Assembly: GCA_030753015.1 (NCBI GenBank)
Contig: JASMDC010000015.1
Span: forward strand, 1-64,000
Direction: 5' to 3'
DNA from: Candidatus Undinarchaeales archaeon
GTDB lineage: Archaea > SpSt-1190 > JASMDC01
Length of the DNA: 64,000 bases
Shown: positions 28,356 to 38,696 of the stretch, piece by piece
Position numbering within the stretch: the first letter of the stretch is position 1
Layout: each line of letters starts with the position of its first letter
Notes under the pieces: generated by a model
The model's input: only the letters and a program-made list of their open reading frames with translations
What the model was told of the DNA's origin: nothing
Database searches by the model: none
Program-made: the position numbers and the translations under genes

Positions 28356-28880
28356 ATGGGGAGGCCACTTACTATTCTACCAGTCCTCGTGCTGGCCGTA
28401 TTCCTCGCGGGCTGCTGCTGCGACAACGAGGTCTGCAAAGGAAAGGAGAGCTACGTACCTGCGTACAGTGAGTCGCGGCTGGTAGAAGAGACCTGTGACG
28501 ACTGCATGAACGTCCTCAAGATCTCCACCCAGGACGACATCTGCCTCAAGAGCACCACGAAGTTCGCGAGCTCCCGGGACATGGGCGACGGAACGGTACC
28601 TGCTGGCCAGAAGCTCTATCCCTACCTCCACAACACGGATGACGAGTGGAGCGAATGCGAGGCGTTCGGGGACGAGAATACCAAGCTCAAGTGCGGGTGC
28701 TGCGTCCTCCTCGACGGCAAGTTCCATGGCGAGAACGGGGCGACGGACCTCGCCAAGCATTACAAGTTCGAGGGTGGGGAATGCCACACTTCCGCCTCGG
28801 AAGAGGCCATGATGAGCGGGAACCGGTGGGCGAAGGTCCCCGAAAAGGACTACATCAAGGACAACGCCTGCCTCGGGTAG
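28356..28880 (+). CDS. Cys-rich lipoprotein
   Basis: Lipobox FLAGC followed by many Cys. Confidence 0.7.
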   Translation: MGRPLTILPVLVLAVFLAGCCCDNEVCKGKESYVPAYSESRLVEETCDDCMNVLKISTQDDICLKSTTKFASSRDMGDGTVPAGQKLYPYLHNTDDEWSECEAFGDENTKLKCGCCVLLDGKFHGENGATDLAKHYKFEGGECHTSASEEAMMSGNRWAKVPEKDYIKDNACLG

Positions 28881-29071
28881 CGGGTTCAGTTTCGAGCAGG
28901 ACGATGACGGCCGGATGGCCAAGGTCATCGGCAAGCTCGGCTACTGCTCCGGCAGCTCGTTCAAGTTCAGCTACGGGCACCGCGACGTCATGGAGATGGT
29001 CCCCGACCAGTAGCACAGCGCTACCAGTCGTATAAAAGTGATAACTGCACTAGTGAGAGCGTTCGTAGAGG

Positions 29072-30805
29072 CTACTGTGCAAGCTCCTTCTCGAGCTGCT
29101 CGCGGTACGTGGGCACGCCCTTCTCCTGGACTGCCTGGCGGAAGCCCTCGGTACCGAACACCACGGTCCCGTCGTCCATCTCCATGTAGCCGACGTTGTC
29201 CTCTCCACCATGCCGGGAGAGGAGGATGTCCTTGTTGACGTCCCACGTCTCCTTGATGGTGCGGCTGCCCATGAGCTTGGGTAGGAAGCTCTTGTTCCAG
29301 AACTTCTCCTTGTACCGGACACCTTCATCGGTGACGGTCTCGGGCTCCTTGATGATGACGCCCCAGTCGCCCTCGGTCTTCTCGATGGTGGCGAAGGAGG
29401 CTCCCAGTTCGGGATTACGGCCGATGCGCACATCCTTGTCCATGGGCGCGAAACCGGTTTCCTCGCTGTAGGACGCGAAGTCGAGGACGTAACCGTTGTC
29501 GAACTTGAGCCCTTCGGCGGTGTGCATGAAATCGTCGGACATTATGTCGAGTCGCATGTCCGGCTTGTGCGAGTAGCAGGTCCACATGGTCTTGCCCACG
29601 AAGTACATGCCCATGGCAGCGAGCGATAGTGGGAACACGACCTCCTTGGCCATGATCGAGGCGGCAAGGCCCACGCCAAAGCCGGCCATATGGACACCGC
29701 CCTCGACGGCCTCCTCCAGGCCGATGAGCTCGAAGAGCCTCTTGTCGTAGCCCTGGTCCTCGTACTTGGAGAGGATCTCGCGGCGGATGGCTACCGAGGT
29801 CTTGTGACCGCCAGCGTCCTTGATGCCGCCGGTGAGCTCCTCCGCTAGGAATATACCGCCGAAGGCGACCGCTGCCCCTCCGGGCGTGACACTGGCTATC
29901 GGGCCCAGGATGGCGGGCTGGATGGCGACGAGCGCGGCCGCGTGCGCGTTGGAGAACAGCGCCTCGCGGTACCGCTCCACCTTCCGCAACTTCTCCAGAG
30001 ACTCTGTGCCCTCGGAGGCGTCGTCCACCTGCTTGCCCCATATGGGAGCGGAGATCATCTTGAGGACCTTGGGCGAGAACTTTGCCATGATACCGGTGAA
30101 CCCGGCCATCTTGTAGAGAGCACCCTGCTCGAAGATGAGCCCGGTGAGCCCGCCCTCCAGCACGCCCTCGGCGAACCCGCCGACGTAGTTGCCGAGGTTG
30201 AGCATCCGGTACTCCTTGTCGTTCTTCATCAGGTCCATGTACTCGGGCCAGCAATCGAACAGCTTGCCCTTTTCCTTGTCCAGACGCATCAGGGCGGTGT
30301 CGCCCTCGATACCATAGAACGATGTTAGAGCGTCGCGGTATCCCGCGTCGGCACCCAGCTCACCGAGCTCCTGGCTCAGTGTCCGGGCGGTGTCCTTCTC
30401 TTCGTGATCGATCTGGTAGAGCTCCCCCGCCAGCTCGGCGGAGGGATCCGGCAGGTACACGGACCCACTGCCGGTCTTGAAAGATGAAACAGGATTGGTA
30501 CTCTCTCCCCGGTCGTAGAGGAACACCTTGTCCCCGTCCACGACAGAGATGCGGGAGCCAGTCTTTCCGTACTCCTCGGCTCCATCGGCACCGCGGTAGA
30601 GGCTCAGCGACTCCTTTCCTTCCTTGTCGCTGATGGTGGTGAGGTACCCGACGACCTCCGGATCGGTGCGGGGCCCGGCGTTATTGTACACGATGTGGAA
30701 GTGCACGTCGGACGACTGCCCTCCACTGGCACGCATGAGCTCGACATAATCCTGGTCGACGTGCAGCTCTTCTGCCCAGTCGAGCTTGTCCAGGGTCAGT
30801 TCCAT
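29072..30805 (-). CDS. Hypothetical membrane protein
   Basis: Long ORF with several Gly/Ala-rich hydrophobic helices; TATA-like element near 30863; start uncertain. Confidence 0.65.
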   Translation of the reverse strand: MELTLDKLDWAEELHVDQDYVELMRASGGQSSDVHFHIVYNNAGPRTDPEVVGYLTTISDKEGKESLSLYRGADGAEEYGKTGSRISVVDGDKVFLYDRGESTNPVSSFKTGSGSVYLPDPSAELAGELYQIDHEEKDTARTLSQELGELGADAGYRDALTSFYGIEGDTALMRLDKEKGKLFDCWPEYMDLMKNDKEYRMLNLGNYVGGFAEGVLEGGLTGLIFEQGALYKMAGFTGIMAKFSPKVLKMISAPIWGKQVDDASEGTESLEKLRKVERYREALFSNAHAAALVAIQPAILGPIASVTPGGAAVAFGGIFLAEELTGGIKDAGGHKTSVAIRREILSKYEDQGYDKRLFELIGLEEAVEGGVHMAGFGVGLAASIMAKEVVFPLSLAAMGMYFVGKTMWTCYSHKPDMRLDIMSDDFMHTAEGLKFDNGYVLDFASYSEETGFAPMDKDVRIGRNPELGASFATIEKTEGDWGVIIKEPETVTDEGVRYKEKFWNKSFLPKLMGSRTIKETWDVNKDILLSRHGGEDNVGYMEMDDGTVVFGTEGFRQAVQEKGVPTYREQLEKELAQ

Positions 30806-30959
30806 GGTTTCAAGATGATATACCACGGTTGTCTCGCCGGTAAAACGCAGCACCTCAACCCGTATATAAACCTTCCGTTCGGGCGTCATCGAGAAGTAGT
30901 GACGCCCCCGGTCGTCCGCTCCGTCAGGAATAAAAAAAGCGACCTTGGTGGAGAACGCC

Positions 30960-32300
30960 ATGGCCGAGGACGCCCTCTTCACCATCGAGAACACACGCAC
31001 CGGCGAGCGCTACCCAGCCACCTCCGAGCGATACACCGGCGACAATGGCGAGAAGCTGCGCTGCGCCTTCGACTACGAGCGCATCACCCTCACCCGCGAC
31101 ATCATCGACCAGCGGCGCCACCACACAACCGACTCTTTCCAGGTGTACAAGGAGCTAATGCCCGTCTTCCCCGACGAACCGCTGGTGGCCCCTAAGTTCG
31201 GCCCCACACCGTTCGAGCACGCCAAGAAGCTTTCCAAGAAGCTCGGAGTCGAGGTGTTCATCAAGTACCCCATGTACTACGTCACCGGCTCCCACAAGCC
31301 CTACCACCTCGTCCCGGCCGCCAACTACACCACCCAGGTCCGCCGACGGAACGGCGACAAGCGGCCCATCGTGTTCGCCAACTACTCCTGCGGCAATGCC
31401 GGCGACGCAGCGTCGTACGTGGCAAACCTCTTCGGCCTCCCCATCAAGGTGTTCCTCCTGGGCTCGGCCGACCACGAGCGCACAGCGCCATTGACCATGC
31501 GGGGCTCGGAGGTGTACAGCGTCTCCTGGGACGAGCGCGTGACCGGGGACCCGTCCTACTACATGTTCAAGGAGGCCGTGCGTCGGGGCGCCATCCCGCT
31601 CGCGTGCGCCGGTCCCGACAATTTCGGTGTCGTGGAGGGCGGCAAGGTGATGTTCCTTGAGGCCATGGAGCAGTCCGGCTGGCGCGGGTTCGATCACGCC
31701 TTCGTCCAGGTGGGCGGAGGGCTGCTGGCCAATGCCTTCCTCAACGCCTACGACGATGCACTTGCGCTGGGCCTGCTCCCGCAGGAGTCGGTACCTGCCT
31801 TCCACACGGTCCAGACCGAGGCCTGCTATCCGCTCCGGCTCGCCTACCAGCGAGTGATGGAGACCAACCCGCGGACGAACAAGGACGTGACCTGCTTGGT
31901 GTGTGACCGACGCGAGGAGATGCTCAAACCCTGGGAGGCCAAGGAGGAGCCCGAGAGCGTGGCCCACGGCATCCTGGACGTGGAGACCTACGAGGGCGCC
32001 GAGCTCATCGCCGGGATGTACCGCACCGGCGGGAAGGCCCTTATCGTGTGCGAGGACGAGCTCATGGACGCCTGGCGGCTGGGAGCGCGGGCCACGGGCC
32101 ACTTCGCCTCGCCAACCGGCACCTCCGGCCTTGCAGGGCTGCTTCGCGCTATCGACGAGGGGATCGTGGACAAGGGTGAGAGCGTGCTGCTCACGTTCAC
32201 CGGTATCGGTCAGAAGCAGCTCTCAACGACCAAAGAGGTCGCCGAACCCGTCAAGGTGAACCCCGTGGACGATATAGAACGGGCGATGCAGGGGCTGTAG
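30960..32300 (+). CDS. PLP-dependent fold-type II enzyme, threonine synthase-like
   Basis: TGSHK (PLP Lys), SCGNAG, QVGGGLL, TGTSGLAG, LTFTG. Confidence 0.8.
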   Translation: MAEDALFTIENTRTGERYPATSERYTGDNGEKLRCAFDYERITLTRDIIDQRRHHTTDSFQVYKELMPVFPDEPLVAPKFGPTPFEHAKKLSKKLGVEVFIKYPMYYVTGSHKPYHLVPAANYTTQVRRRNGDKRPIVFANYSCGNAGDAASYVANLFGLPIKVFLLGSADHERTAPLTMRGSEVYSVSWDERVTGDPSYYMFKEAVRRGAIPLACAGPDNFGVVEGGKVMFLEAMEQSGWRGFDHAFVQVGGGLLANAFLNAYDDALALGLLPQESVPAFHTVQTEACYPLRLAYQRVMETNPRTNKDVTCLVCDRREEMLKPWEAKEEPESVAHGILDVETYEGAELIAGMYRTGGKALIVCEDELMDAWRLGARATGHFASPTGTSGLAGLLRAIDEGIVDKGESVLLTFTGIGQKQLSTTKEVAEPVKVNPVDDIERAMQGL

Positions 32301-32309
32301 ATAAGACGC

Positions 32310-33650
32310 TCAGACGAGGGCGGACTCCTCGACGACCTCTCCACCTTCCTCGTCTACCGGCTCCCGCTTGACGACCTCCAGCCGCACCTTCTCGATGCGG
32401 TTGCGGTCCATCTGCTCCACGGTGAACTCCACCTCGGTATGCTCGTCCGACCACGTGATGGCCTCCCCCTCCTTGGGGATCTTGCCGAACAGGGCGATCA
32501 CGAGGCCTGCCAGCGTGTCGGCGTCCTCCTCCACGAGCTCGAGGTCGAACCGGTCGTTCACCTCGTCCAGGTTCAGAGCGCCATCGACGATAGCGTGTGA
32601 CTCGTCGATGATCTCCACCGGCTCCTCCTCCCGGTCGAACTCGTCGCGGATCTCGCCCACGATCTCCTCGATGATGTCCTCTATGGTGACGATCCCGGCG
32701 ACGTCCCCGTACTCGTCCACCATGATGGCCATGTGCTGCTTCTTCTTCTGCATCTCGCGCAAAAGCTCGTCGATCTTCTTGGTCTCGGGGAAGATCGGTG
32801 CCGTGCGCATGAGCTTGCTGACCCGTACGTTATTCGAGCCGTTCTTCTTGTTCATCAGCTCCAGAAGGTCCTTTGCGTACACAAGACCGACGATGTTGTC
32901 CTCGCTACCCTTGTACACCGGGATGCGGGAGAATCCGCTGGTAACGACCGTGTCCAGCACGACCTCCAAGGAAGCGTTGACGTCCACGAAGATCACATCC
33001 GGTCGGGGTACCATTACCTCCTTGGCCTTCGCTTCCCCGAACTCGAAGATGGACTCGATCATCTCCCTCTCGTTCTCCTCGAGCACGCCCTCCTTCTCGC
33101 CCACATCGATCATCTGGCGGATCTCGGCCTCGGTGACCAGGTCCTCGGTGTTCTCGACGTTCCCGCCGAGCAGTCGTGTGAGCCGGTTGGTCAGTGGGAG
33201 GAGCACCTTCACCACGGGATAGGCGATGTCCGTCCACCGTGAGACATAGGGTGCGATGCGCAGGGACATCCTCTCTGCGTTGTTGGCGGCATAGGTCTTT
33301 GGCGTGATCTCGCCGAAGATGAGGATGACGATGGTAAGGGTGATGGTGGCAAGTGCCATACCGCCGGAGGGGAAGAGCTGGAAGAATATGGCCGCGGCCA
33401 GCACCGACATGGCCACGTTCACGAGGTTGTTGCCCACAAGCAGCGCCGAGAGCATACGTGATGGGTTCTCCACGAGCGGGAGGAGCACCTTGGCCCGCTT
33501 GTCATCCTCCTCCTTGGCGAGCCCCTGGACACGGAGCCGGCTCACTGACGTGATGGCCGTTTCCGAGCCCGAGAACAGCGCGGACAGGAAGAGCAGGAAC
33601 AGGATGCCGAGAAGCTCCCAGAGAAGGACAGGATCAAGGGGTATGGCCAA
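32310..33650 (-). CDS. HlyC/CorC (CNNM) family CBS-domain membrane protein
   Basis: FSGSETA, LVGNNLVN, FGEITPK, SRIPV, VDEYG...TIEDIIEEIVGEI. Confidence 0.93.
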   Translation of the reverse strand: MAIPLDPVLLWELLGILFLLFLSALFSGSETAITSVSRLRVQGLAKEEDDKRAKVLLPLVENPSRMLSALLVGNNLVNVAMSVLAAAIFFQLFPSGGMALATITLTIVILIFGEITPKTYAANNAERMSLRIAPYVSRWTDIAYPVVKVLLPLTNRLTRLLGGNVENTEDLVTEAEIRQMIDVGEKEGVLEENEREMIESIFEFGEAKAKEVMVPRPDVIFVDVNASLEVVLDTVVTSGFSRIPVYKGSEDNIVGLVYAKDLLELMNKKNGSNNVRVSKLMRTAPIFPETKKIDELLREMQKKKQHMAIMVDEYGDVAGIVTIEDIIEEIVGEIRDEFDREEEPVEIIDESHAIVDGALNLDEVNDRFDLELVEEDADTLAGLVIALFGKIPKEGEAITWSDEHTEVEFTVEQMDRNRIEKVRLEVVKREPVDEEGGEVVEESALV

Positions 33651-33757
33651 TCCGGATCAGACCTCTGCAACCATGTGTGATTGCCTATAATAACGCAGGA
33701 GTTCATACCTTAAATACCTTTTGAAAGGCGACACTGTAGAGTAATCTTCTTCGGCTC

Positions 33758-34123
33758 TCATGTATCATCATCATCCACACTATCGTCTCGCACGCGGTAG
33801 TCCACGTCGATGACGTCTGCGTCAGGCGGGATGTCCACCCGTCCACCATCGGCCCCGAGCTTCCCCTCGGTGCGCAGGAATGTGAGCAGGCAGACGGGCG
33901 TCAGGTCGAACGGTCCGGGGAGGACGGCCTCGAGCCCCATGAAGATGGACATGGGATCCGCTGGGGAGCCTCGCAGGTCGGTTACGTAGTCCCACTGGGC
34001 CACGGCCACCAGAAGGTCGGCCGGCGCGAAGACCAAGAGCGGTATCATGTTGATGACGTCGATGGTTATGGCAGCTGCAAGCTTCCCGTTGCGGGACAAT
34101 CCTCGCCAGATGCCGGACGCCAT
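33758..34123 (-). CDS. Hypothetical membrane protein
   Basis: ORF directly abutting the pgi stop; hydrophobic N-half. Confidence 0.6.
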   Translation of the reverse strand: MASGIWRGLSRNGKLAAAITIDVINMIPLLVFAPADLLVAVAQWDYVTDLRGSPADPMSIFMGLEAVLPGPFDLTPVCLLTFLRTEGKLGADGGRVDIPPDADVIDVDYRVRDDSVDDDDT

Positions 34124-35542
34124 TCACTCCCGTGACCTGAGGCTGATTATGCGCTTGAACTCCCGCTTGTACCCGTCCACGGCGGACTGCTCGTAGGTGA
34201 GCCGCCCCAGCTCCCGCAGCTCTCCCTCCACGGCCACGGCCACGGCCAGACCGTAAAAGAGGCGGAAGAGGTGGTAGGTGTCCACGACGGGCATCTCGAT
34301 GGTGCACGTCGGCACGGAGTTGTTCAAAAGATCGGTCTCGGTACCCTCGAACGAGATGTCCTGGAGGATCCCGAGGTGGAACCCGCCCAGTGCCGCCAGT
34401 GTCGGGCCGAGGATCTCCTCCCGGGGCACCACGATGTCCTTGTCCGGGTCGTGCTCTACGACCCTCACGAAAACCAGCAGCTTGTCGCGTGGACCGTTGA
34501 TGATACCATTGAGCAGGGAGTGGTTGCCGGTCGGTCCAGCGGTCGCGATGATGTTCTGACCCCCGCCCCGCTCTTGGATGGACTCGGAGAGGAGCTGGGT
34601 ATACCAGTCGCCCACGGCACGCAGCACCTTCGCGTAGGGATAGAACACGAGGGTCGACTTCCCCTTGTGCAGGGAGAGGTAGGTGATTGATCCCAGGCGG
34701 AAGCCGAGGTTACGGGAATCGCCAGGATCCAGATAGGCGTCGGACTCGGCATCACGCATCCCGCGCACGGCCTCGCTCACACGCTCGGCGACGGTGCACT
34801 TCCTCTCGTCGGTGCCCACGGCAAGGGCCAGGAGGCCCACGGGACTGCCGAACGAGAACCGCCCACCGACGCCGTCGGGGACGGGGAGCAGGGCCAGAAA
34901 CCGCTGGGGCTGCTCCTGGTCGAGCCGGAAGAGCGCTGAACCCTTGGTGAGCCCGGTTGTCACTGCGACCTGTTGGGCGTACTCGGCCGGGTCCCGGCCC
35001 GCAGCCGCGAGCGCTTCCTGCAGCCGCTGGCGGATGATGAGGAACGCGGCGATGGTCTCGGCGGTCGTGCCGGATTTGGATATGACGTTGAATACGGTCT
35101 GGAGCAGGATTCCCCGTACGCTCAGGGTATGGAGGATATCGTGGAGCTCGGCCGGATCGAAGGTGTCACCGCAAAAGTACATCTCCGGCGCCCCACCCCG
35201 CTCCTCCCGGGGGAGTGTATTGTGCTGCGACGAGTCGAGCACGGCATGTACGGTGCGTCCAACAAGGTCCGAACCACCGATGCCCACGGTGACGAACGCC
35301 TCGGCCCGTTCCCGCACGAGCGCGGCGACCTCGATGACCCGGTCGACATCCTCTTGACGGGCATGGCTCTTGGTCCAGGCGCGGAGGTTCTGGATAAGTG
35401 TGTCCGGTCCTGCCGCGGCCTCTGCCCGGAAGCCGTTCTGGACGTCCAGCAACCTGTCCCGGAGATCATCGAGCTCTTTTCTTGGGACGCGATGTGCCGG
35501 CGCAATATTGTCATCAGTAACGTTGTCGATGCGGATGCGCAT
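34124..35542 (-). CDS. pgi: Glucose-6-phosphate isomerase
   Basis: GIGGSDL, ISKSGTTAET, VGGRFS, QLLSES, HS and YEQSAVDGYK motifs. Confidence 0.88.
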   Translation of the reverse strand: MRIRIDNVTDDNIAPAHRVPRKELDDLRDRLLDVQNGFRAEAAAGPDTLIQNLRAWTKSHARQEDVDRVIEVAALVRERAEAFVTVGIGGSDLVGRTVHAVLDSSQHNTLPREERGGAPEMYFCGDTFDPAELHDILHTLSVRGILLQTVFNVISKSGTTAETIAAFLIIRQRLQEALAAAGRDPAEYAQQVAVTTGLTKGSALFRLDQEQPQRFLALLPVPDGVGGRFSFGSPVGLLALAVGTDERKCTVAERVSEAVRGMRDAESDAYLDPGDSRNLGFRLGSITYLSLHKGKSTLVFYPYAKVLRAVGDWYTQLLSESIQERGGGQNIIATAGPTGNHSLLNGIINGPRDKLLVFVRVVEHDPDKDIVVPREEILGPTLAALGGFHLGILQDISFEGTETDLLNNSVPTCTIEMPVVDTYHLFRLFYGLAVAVAVEGELRELGRLTYEQSAVDGYKREFKRIISLRSRE

Positions 35543-35558
35543 GGCTATCGCCGACCGC

Positions 35559-35795
35559 TTACTTCTTTGCCGTGGACTTCTTAGGGGTTGCCTTCTTCTT
35601 GGGTGGGGCCTTCTTCTTGGGCGCCGGCTTGGCGGCGGCCTTCTTACCGGCCGCATCGGGCATCCCGTCGATCTTGCCCCACCAGAACATCTCGCGAACG
35701 CAGTAGTAGCCCCACACACCGCTCCACTTCACAGCGAGTTTCTCGCCGCAGTGCGGGCACTCCCGCGACACGAACGTGATCCGCTCGTCTGACAT
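35559..35795 (-). CDS. Small CxxC protein with Lys-rich tail
   Basis: CPHCG; KKAAAKPAPKKKAPPKKK tail. Confidence 0.6.
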   Translation of the reverse strand: MSDERITFVSRECPHCGEKLAVKWSGVWGYYCVREMFWWGKIDGMPDAAGKKAAAKPAPKKKAPPKKKATPKKSTAKK

Positions 35796-35860
35796 GAGGC
35801 GAGGAAGGGGAGCAATCTTTATCAATCTTTCAGGCGAGCGGCCCGCTCCAGACCCACGAG

Positions 35861-36277
35861 CTAGGTGGATCCGGCCGAGTCTATATAGGCCTCTACTGCG
35901 CTTCGCGTGTCCGCTGCCTCGTACCCCGCAAGGATGGTCACCATGTGGCCGTTGTGCTCCTTCGTCTCGATTATAACGGGCTGGAGGATGAAGCTTGTCA
36001 TGGCGTACCCCACCTTGTCGGACACCTTGTTGACGCTGCCCCCGCCGATAAGGAAGAGGCGGGCCGCAGGGATGTTGTCCGAGTCCATGAGGATGTTCCG
36101 CAGCGGGATCCCCTGCGCGTCGGCGAGATGGAGCGCGGCCACAAGGTCACCCAGCTGGGCCTCTTCACCGATGACGATGTAGGAGTCGGTGGTCTGGGCG
36201 GAGCCGGTCATGGCCCCGGTGGCCATGAGGACCACGAGGCCGATCAGGAGCACGTGGATGCGGTCGATCCGGATCAC
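35861..36277 (-). CDS. Small secreted protein with archaeal S-layer-type domain
   Basis: Signal peptide; VIGEEA..GDLVAA, LIGGGSVN, LAGYEAADT motifs. Confidence 0.65.
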   Translation of the reverse strand: MIRIDRIHVLLIGLVVLMATGAMTGSAQTTDSYIVIGEEAQLGDLVAALHLADAQGIPLRNILMDSDNIPAARLFLIGGGSVNKVSDKVGYAMTSFILQPVIIETKEHNGHMVTILAGYEAADTRSAVEAYIDSAGST

Positions 36278-36831
36278 TTCTTCGCCTCCTCAGCCCGGTT
36301 GCGGGCCTTGACGACCTCGAAGTGCGTGAAGTCCATGTGGTGGATGATCACACCCTCCTGGCTGCGAGGTACGTGGTCGCCCTCATGTGAGTGGTTGGAG
36401 ATCGTGTGGACGATGCCGGCCGGTATCCCTGCCTCCAGCGCGAGCCATGCCCCCGTGATTGGGTGGCGCACGAGCTTACCGTCGCTGCAGATGCGGTACT
36501 CGCCGTCCACCAGCTCGTACTCCAAGAGCTTACCCACGTCATGCAGGAGCGCTCCCGTGAGTATCCAGTCCAGGGGGATGCCGTAGCCATGGAGCTCGTT
36601 GAGGATGCTCGCGGACGAATGGGCGAGCCTCGTTATCGTCCGCACGTGCGATATCAGCGTTGCGTCGGTCCGTGCGGCCTTGGTGAAGGGGATCTCGTCT
36701 ATGGCGTCCCAGCCGCCCTTCTTCATGGCACGCACCCACACGTCGATGACACGCTGGCGCAGGTCGTCGTCCTCGAAAAGCTCGAGCTCGGGAAAGAGTG
36801 ATGCGATATAGGTCCTCTTATCGTCGGTCAT
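36274..36831 (-). CDS. HD-domain (HDIG) phosphohydrolase
   Basis: H...GALLHDVGK...RH...H...D. Confidence 0.85.
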   Translation of the reverse strand: MTDDKRTYIASLFPELELFEDDDLRQRVIDVWVRAMKKGGWDAIDEIPFTKAARTDATLISHVRTITRLAHSSASILNELHGYGIPLDWILTGALLHDVGKLLEYELVDGEYRICSDGKLVRHPITGAWLALEAGIPAGIVHTISNHSHEGDHVPRSQEGVIIHHMDFTHFEVVKARNRAEEAKK

Positions 36832-36930
36832 GTTTAAGCCTCCAGTTATCCGGTGGCCCGTGCCACCATCCGTCACGCCCTCTAAATACATTATTAAAGG
36901 TATAAACTTTGCCGTGCCGCGGGACTCGAT

Positions 36931-38190
36931 ATGGGGTACACGATAGCTGAGAAGATTCTTGCCCGCGCGGGCGGCAAGCCGAGCGCAACCGCAGGCGACA
37001 TCGTCAACGCACGGGTCGACCTTGCTATGAGCCACGAGAACACCGGACCGATATCGCGCATCTTCAAGAAGATAGGCGTGAAGCGGGTCTGGGATCCCGA
37101 GCGCATCGTCATCCCGATCGATCACTGTGTGCCAGCGGCCGCTGAGAAGAACGCCGTCGAGCACAAAGAGGCCCGGGAGTTCGTAAAGGAACAGGGTATC
37201 ACCAACTTCTACGACATCAAGGCAGGAGTGTGCCACCAGGTGCTCCCCGAGAACGGCCACGTCGTGCCGGGGATGCTCATCGTGGGCAGCGACTCCCACA
37301 CCACGACCTACGGCGCCCTGGGCGCCTTCTCCTCGGGGATCGGCCGTACCGAGATGGCCGCGGTGTACGCGACAGGGGAGATCTGGATGCGCGTGCCCGA
37401 GACAGTGCGCATGGTGGTGGACGGCGAGCTGCCGCCGCTTGTCAGCGCCAAGGACGTCATCCTCAACATCATCGGTACCGTTCGCGCCGATGGCTGCTCG
37501 TACAAGTGCGCCGAGTACACCGGTCCCACGGTGGAGCGCATGACACAGTCGAGCCGCATGGTCCTTTCCAACATGGCGGTCGAGATGGACGCAAAGGCCG
37601 GCATCGTCCCCGCCGACGACACGACCGCTTCCTACCTCAAGGGGCGCACCGATAAACCGGTCAATCCCGTCGTCTCCGATCCCGACGCTGTCGTGGAGCG
37701 CGAGGTGCATTTCGACGTGTCAGAGCTGGTCCCCCAGATCGCATGCCCGCACAAGGTCGACAACGTCAAGGCCGTGTCGGACATCGCGGGTCTGCCGATC
37801 AACCAGGCCGTGCTGGGCACCTGCACCAACGGCCGTGTTGAGGATCTCGAGCAGGCCGTTGCCATACTCAAGGGCAAGGAGGTCCACCGGGAAGTGCGCC
37901 TGCTGGTAATCCCGGCCTCGCGCAAGGAGTACATCGCCGCCTCGGAGGCCGGCCTGCTCACCGAGCTCGCCAGGTCCGGCGCGATCGTCTGCAACCCCGG
38001 CTGCGGGCCCTGCATGGGCGCCCACCAGGGGGCGCTGGCGCCCGGCGAGGTCGCCATCTCCACGTCCAACCGCAACTTCAAGGGCCGGATGGGGTGCAAG
38101 GAGGCCAAGATCTACCTTGCGTCCCCCGCCACCGTGGCAGCGTCCGCGCTCAAGGGCGAGGTCACCGACCCCCGGGAGGTGGTCGTATGA
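36931..38190 (+). CDS. leuC: 3-isopropylmalate dehydratase/homoaconitase large subunit
   Basis: DH, GVCHQ, DSHTTTYGA, GTCTNGR, CGPCMG, NRNFKGRMG. Confidence 0.9.
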   Translation: MGYTIAEKILARAGGKPSATAGDIVNARVDLAMSHENTGPISRIFKKIGVKRVWDPERIVIPIDHCVPAAAEKNAVEHKEAREFVKEQGITNFYDIKAGVCHQVLPENGHVVPGMLIVGSDSHTTTYGALGAFSSGIGRTEMAAVYATGEIWMRVPETVRMVVDGELPPLVSAKDVILNIIGTVRADGCSYKCAEYTGPTVERMTQSSRMVLSNMAVEMDAKAGIVPADDTTASYLKGRTDKPVNPVVSDPDAVVEREVHFDVSELVPQIACPHKVDNVKAVSDIAGLPINQAVLGTCTNGRVEDLEQAVAILKGKEVHREVRLLVIPASRKEYIAASEAGLLTELARSGAIVCNPGCGPCMGAHQGALAPGEVAISTSNRNFKGRMGCKEAKIYLASPATVAASALKGEVTDPREVVV

Positions 38191-38684
38191 AGGTCAAGGG
38201 ACGCGTGTGGCGCTTCGGCGACGACGTGAACACCGATGTCATCTTCCCCGGCAAGTACACCTACACGGTGACCGAGCCCGAGGACATGGCCAAGCACGCC
38301 ATGGAGGACGCTGATCCGGAGTTCGCCAAGGGCGTCCAGGAGGGCGACGTCATCGTTGCAGGCCGGAACTTCGGCTGCGGCTCATCGCGAGAGCAGGCGG
38401 TCACCGCCCCCAAGTACGCGGGCGTGGGCGCCATCATCGCCAAGTCGTTCGCCCGCATCTACTTCCGCAACTGCATCAACCAGGGCCTGCCCATCCTCAG
38501 TCTCCCCGAGGTCGACGAGATCCAACCCGGCGACGAGGTGGAGGTCGTGCTCGAGGAGGGGCTGGTGCGGGATCTCACGACCGGGAAGGAGTACAGGGCC
38601 AAGCCCCTGCCACCCTTCATCATGGACATAATCACGGCCGGGGGGCTCATCCCCAGCCTGAAGAAGAAGCTCGGAACGGAGTAA
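38187..38684 (+). CDS. leuD: 3-isopropylmalate dehydratase/homoaconitase small subunit
   Basis: DVNTDVIFPG, NFGCGSSREQA, SFARIYFRN. Confidence 0.9.
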   Translation: MKVKGRVWRFGDDVNTDVIFPGKYTYTVTEPEDMAKHAMEDADPEFAKGVQEGDVIVAGRNFGCGSSREQAVTAPKYAGVGAIIAKSFARIYFRNCINQGLPILSLPEVDEIQPGDEVEVVLEEGLVRDLTTGKEYRAKPLPPFIMDIITAGGLIPSLKKKLGTE

Positions 38685-38696
38685 GGAGGAACCAAA

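Noticed and set aside
36832-37710. N-terminal extension of the HD protein ORF to 478 aa
   Set aside because: It overlaps leuC on the opposite strand; the ATG at 36831 with an upstream GGAGG is the credible start
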